A DNA stretch of 64,000 nucleotides from an uncultured Verrucomicrobiae bacterium (lineage in GTDB: Bacteria > Verrucomicrobiota > Verrucomicrobiia > Opitutales > JABDGR01), in the NCBI GenBank assembly GCA_963765205.1, contig CAVXVB010000009.1, forward strand, positions 832,001-896,000. Reading direction: 5' to 3'. The position numbers and the translations under genes were made by a program. Under the pieces are notes generated by a model, which saw only the letters and a program-made list of their open reading frames with translations, was not told the DNA's origin and did not search any database. Within the stretch, counting starts at the first letter, position 1; every line of letters starts with the position of its first letter. Of the stretch, positions 62,020 to 64,000 are shown in pieces.

Positions 62020-62783
62020 TCATGTCCGAACCCAAACCATTTATCCTCGCCCTGCAAGAGGTGAACAAGTCCTTTGAAGGCTTCAAAGCGATTTCCGATC
62101 TCACCTTTTATATGGACGACGGGGAATTGCGGGTCATCATCGGTCCCAACGGTGCTGGCAAGAGCAGCATGTTGGATTTGATCACCGGCCGCACCAAACC
62201 GGACAGCGGAAAAATTGAATTTGCGCCTAATACGGACCTGACCAAACTGAATGAGGCCGAAATCACCCGCCTTGGCATCGGGCGAAAATTTCAAACCCCG
62301 TCGGTTTACATTGATCACACGGTCTTTGAAAATATCTGGCTCTCGCTGGAAGGCAGCCGCAGCGTGTGGAACACGCTGTTCTCCCGGATCACCTCGGAAC
62401 GCCGGGACCGGATTTTTGAAGTGCTCAAGACTGTCGCGCTGGATGGCAAGGCTGATTGGAAGGCGGGCGCGCTTAGCCATGGGCAAAAACAATGGCTGGA
62501 AATTGGCATGTTGCTCGCGCTCAATCCGAAGCTCTTGCTGGTGGATGAACCCGCCGCCGGCATGACCGACGAGGAAACCTACAAGACCGGCGAACTGCTG
62601 CTCAGCCTGGAAGGCAAACACAGTATCGTGGTCATTGAACACGATATGACCTTTGTCCGGCAAATCGCCCGCAAAGTCACCGTGCTGCATCGTGGCACGG
62701 TGTTGTGCGAAGGCACGGTGGATGAAGTGCAAAACAGCGAACAAGTCATGGAAATCTATCTTGGACGCAAAAAGAAAAACTGA
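62016..62783 (+). CDS. urtD: Urea ABC transporter ATP-binding protein
   Basis: [27 protein letters not shown]. Confidence 0.93.
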   Translation: MIMSEPKPFILALQEVNKSFEGFKAISDLTFYMDDGELRVIIGPNGAGKSSMLDLITGRTKPDSGKIEFAPNTDLTKLNEAEITRLGIGRKFQTPSVYIDHTVFENIWLSLEGSRSVWNTLFSRITSERRDRIFEVLKTVALDGKADWKAGALSHGQKQWLEIGMLLALNPKLLLVDEPAAGMTDEETYKTGELLLSLEGKHSIVVIEHDMTFVRQIARKVTVLHRGTVLCEGTVDEVQNSEQVMEIYLGRKKKN

Positions 62784-62785
62784 CG

Positions 62786-63481
62786 ATGCTGCAACTTTCC
62801 AACATCACCGCCTCCCTCCAAGGTTCGCGCATTTTGCGCGGCGTAAACCTCACCGTGCCTGAACGCAGTCTGGTGTGCCTCATGGGGCGCAATGGCGTGG
62901 GCAAAACCACCACCCTTAAATCCATTGTCGGACTCGTGAAGCCGGACACCGGCACGGTGAAACTGGACGGCAAAGACTTGATGGGCCTCACGCCCAACGT
63001 CCGTGCCCGGCAGGGGATTGGCTATGTGCCACAGGGGCGCGATATTTTTCCGCATCTCACCGTCTGGGAGAATTTAAAGGTCAGCCTCGTGGTCCACAAG
63101 GTCAAAAGCACCGCCCCGGTGGACCGGGTGCTGGAACTCTTTCCCATTCTCAAGGAATTTCTCCAGCGCAAAGGAGGGGTGCTGAGCGGCGGCCAACAGC
63201 AGCAACTGGCCATTGCGCGGGCCTTGCTCACGGAACCTAAAATTTTGATTCTGGACGAGCCGACCGAGGGTATTCAGCCCAACATCATTGACCTCATCGG
63301 CGAAACCCTCTTGAAAATTAAAAAAGAAGGAAAACTAAGCATCCTTCTCGTGGAACAATATCTCGATTTTTGTTTGAGCGTAGGCGACAGTTTTTACATC
63401 ATGGATCGTGGCACGATTGTGGCCGAAGGTTTGATTGCGCACCTGACTGATGAAGTTGTAAGGAAGCACCTTACCGTTTAA
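62786..63481 (+). CDS. urtE: Urea ABC transporter ATP-binding protein
   Basis: GRNGVGKT, YVPQGR, LSGGQQQQ, DEPTEGIQP. Confidence 0.93.
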   Translation: MLQLSNITASLQGSRILRGVNLTVPERSLVCLMGRNGVGKTTTLKSIVGLVKPDTGTVKLDGKDLMGLTPNVRARQGIGYVPQGRDIFPHLTVWENLKVSLVVHKVKSTAPVDRVLELFPILKEFLQRKGGVLSGGQQQQLAIARALLTEPKILILDEPTEGIQPNIIDLIGETLLKIKKEGKLSILLVEQYLDFCLSVGDSFYIMDRGTIVAEGLIAHLTDEVVRKHLTV

Positions 63482-63732
63482 TCCGTGGTTGCGCTAATAC
63501 CGGAGAAATCCATTACGGCTAGAAACGCTGGCGGTGTTGGCTGCGGCATTGCGGGCCTTAAAGCAGTCCCCGGACAAGCATATGCCGGGGGAGCTTGCGC
63601 CGGGGTCTACGACCGCTCGCCATTCAGGAATCCGCAAGTCCGGGAGGTGTAGCGCATGCGGAACGCACGCCCGGTAGTCTCCACGGTCTGCGGGTTGATT
63701 GGCAAATAGCCAAGATGTAGCCTTCCAAAATG

Positions 63733-63755
63733 TGTAACCCGTTTGTGTAACCCGG
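63733..63755 (+). repeat. Putative integrase arm-type sites, right end
   Basis: TGTAACCCG-TTTG-TGTAACCCG-G, 13-bp period as at the left end. Confidence 0.72.
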
Positions 63756-63881
63756 CGGTCGAAAATAAAATGCTTTTGGAGCTTTCAGGACAAGGGCACG
63801 ATTCCCGCTAGCATCTGCCTGGCATGGACTTGATCACTCAAGAGCATAAGAGACGACTATAGTAAATTGTAACATTTAAAA

Positions 63882-63919
63882 TTACAAAACCTTAGCTCTA
63901 CCAACTGAGCTATGCCGGC
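63882..63919 (-). repeat. Distal att site: displaced 5' half of tRNA-Thr (positions 1-38)
   Basis: GCCGGCATAGCTCAGTTGGTAGAGCTAAGGTTTTGTAA, 37/38 identical to the tRNA. Confidence 0.93.
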
Positions 63920-63944
63920 GCTAAACTTTTTCGATCAATGGCGG

Positions 63945-63974
63945 ACTCTATCGCGATGGAAGCCATGGGGGCAA
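63945..63974 (-). promoter_or_regulatory. Candidate original sigma70 promoter of tRNA-Thr
   Basis: TTGCCC-N18-TAGAGT on the minus strand, about 25 bp upstream of the displaced tRNA half. Confidence 0.45.
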
Positions 63975-64000
63975 GCCTATCGTGGCGGGCGCAACAATCG

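Larger units (their letters stand above)
48095..63919. mobile_element. Integrative urea-utilisation genomic island at tRNA-Thr(TGT)
   Basis: 38-bp direct repeat (48095-48132 and 63882-63919, 1 mismatch), adjacent tyrosine integrase, shared arm-type repeats at both ends. Confidence 0.9.

Noticed and set aside
1..64000. CRISPR array, cas genes, reverse transcriptase, rRNA or transposase
   Set aside because: No regularly spaced repeat-spacer array or diagnostic motifs seen by eye

Overview
A 64-kb window of a GC-rich bacterial chromosome. Gene content, intergenic repeats and mostly SD-less start codons suggest Verrucomicrobiota (Opitutae-like); this is inference. Positions 1-13.6 kb hold nuoB(3' end)CDEFGHIJKLMN. 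These are followed by a Ser/Thr kinase, tRNA-Leu(GAG), an NDUFAF7/MidA-like methyltransferase, an S41 protease, tsaD, cysI and a degenerate HATPase/Hpt pair. Next come a cluster of an ACP-FabZ fusion, a ketosynthase and a GT4, then an ECF sigma/anti-sigma/HtrA-like operon and a dif-like site. A SulP / tandem adenylate kinase / PPK2 module precedes cysE, priA, fur and nadA, which has a repeat-flanked toxin-antitoxin cassette at its 3' end. The last ~15.8 kb is a complete integrative island at tRNA-Thr(TGT). It carries a tyrosine integrase and a urea-acquisition set: ureD, fused ureAB, ureC, ureF, His-rich ureG, a NiCoT nickel permease, a porin behind a sigma54-type promoter, and urtABCDE. Unusually, the island duplicates the 5' half of the tRNA (positions 1-38) and lies upstream of the intact gene. 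Matching arm-type repeats are visible at both ends. Six single-base frameshifts, four of them in homopolymer runs, most likely reflect sequencing error.
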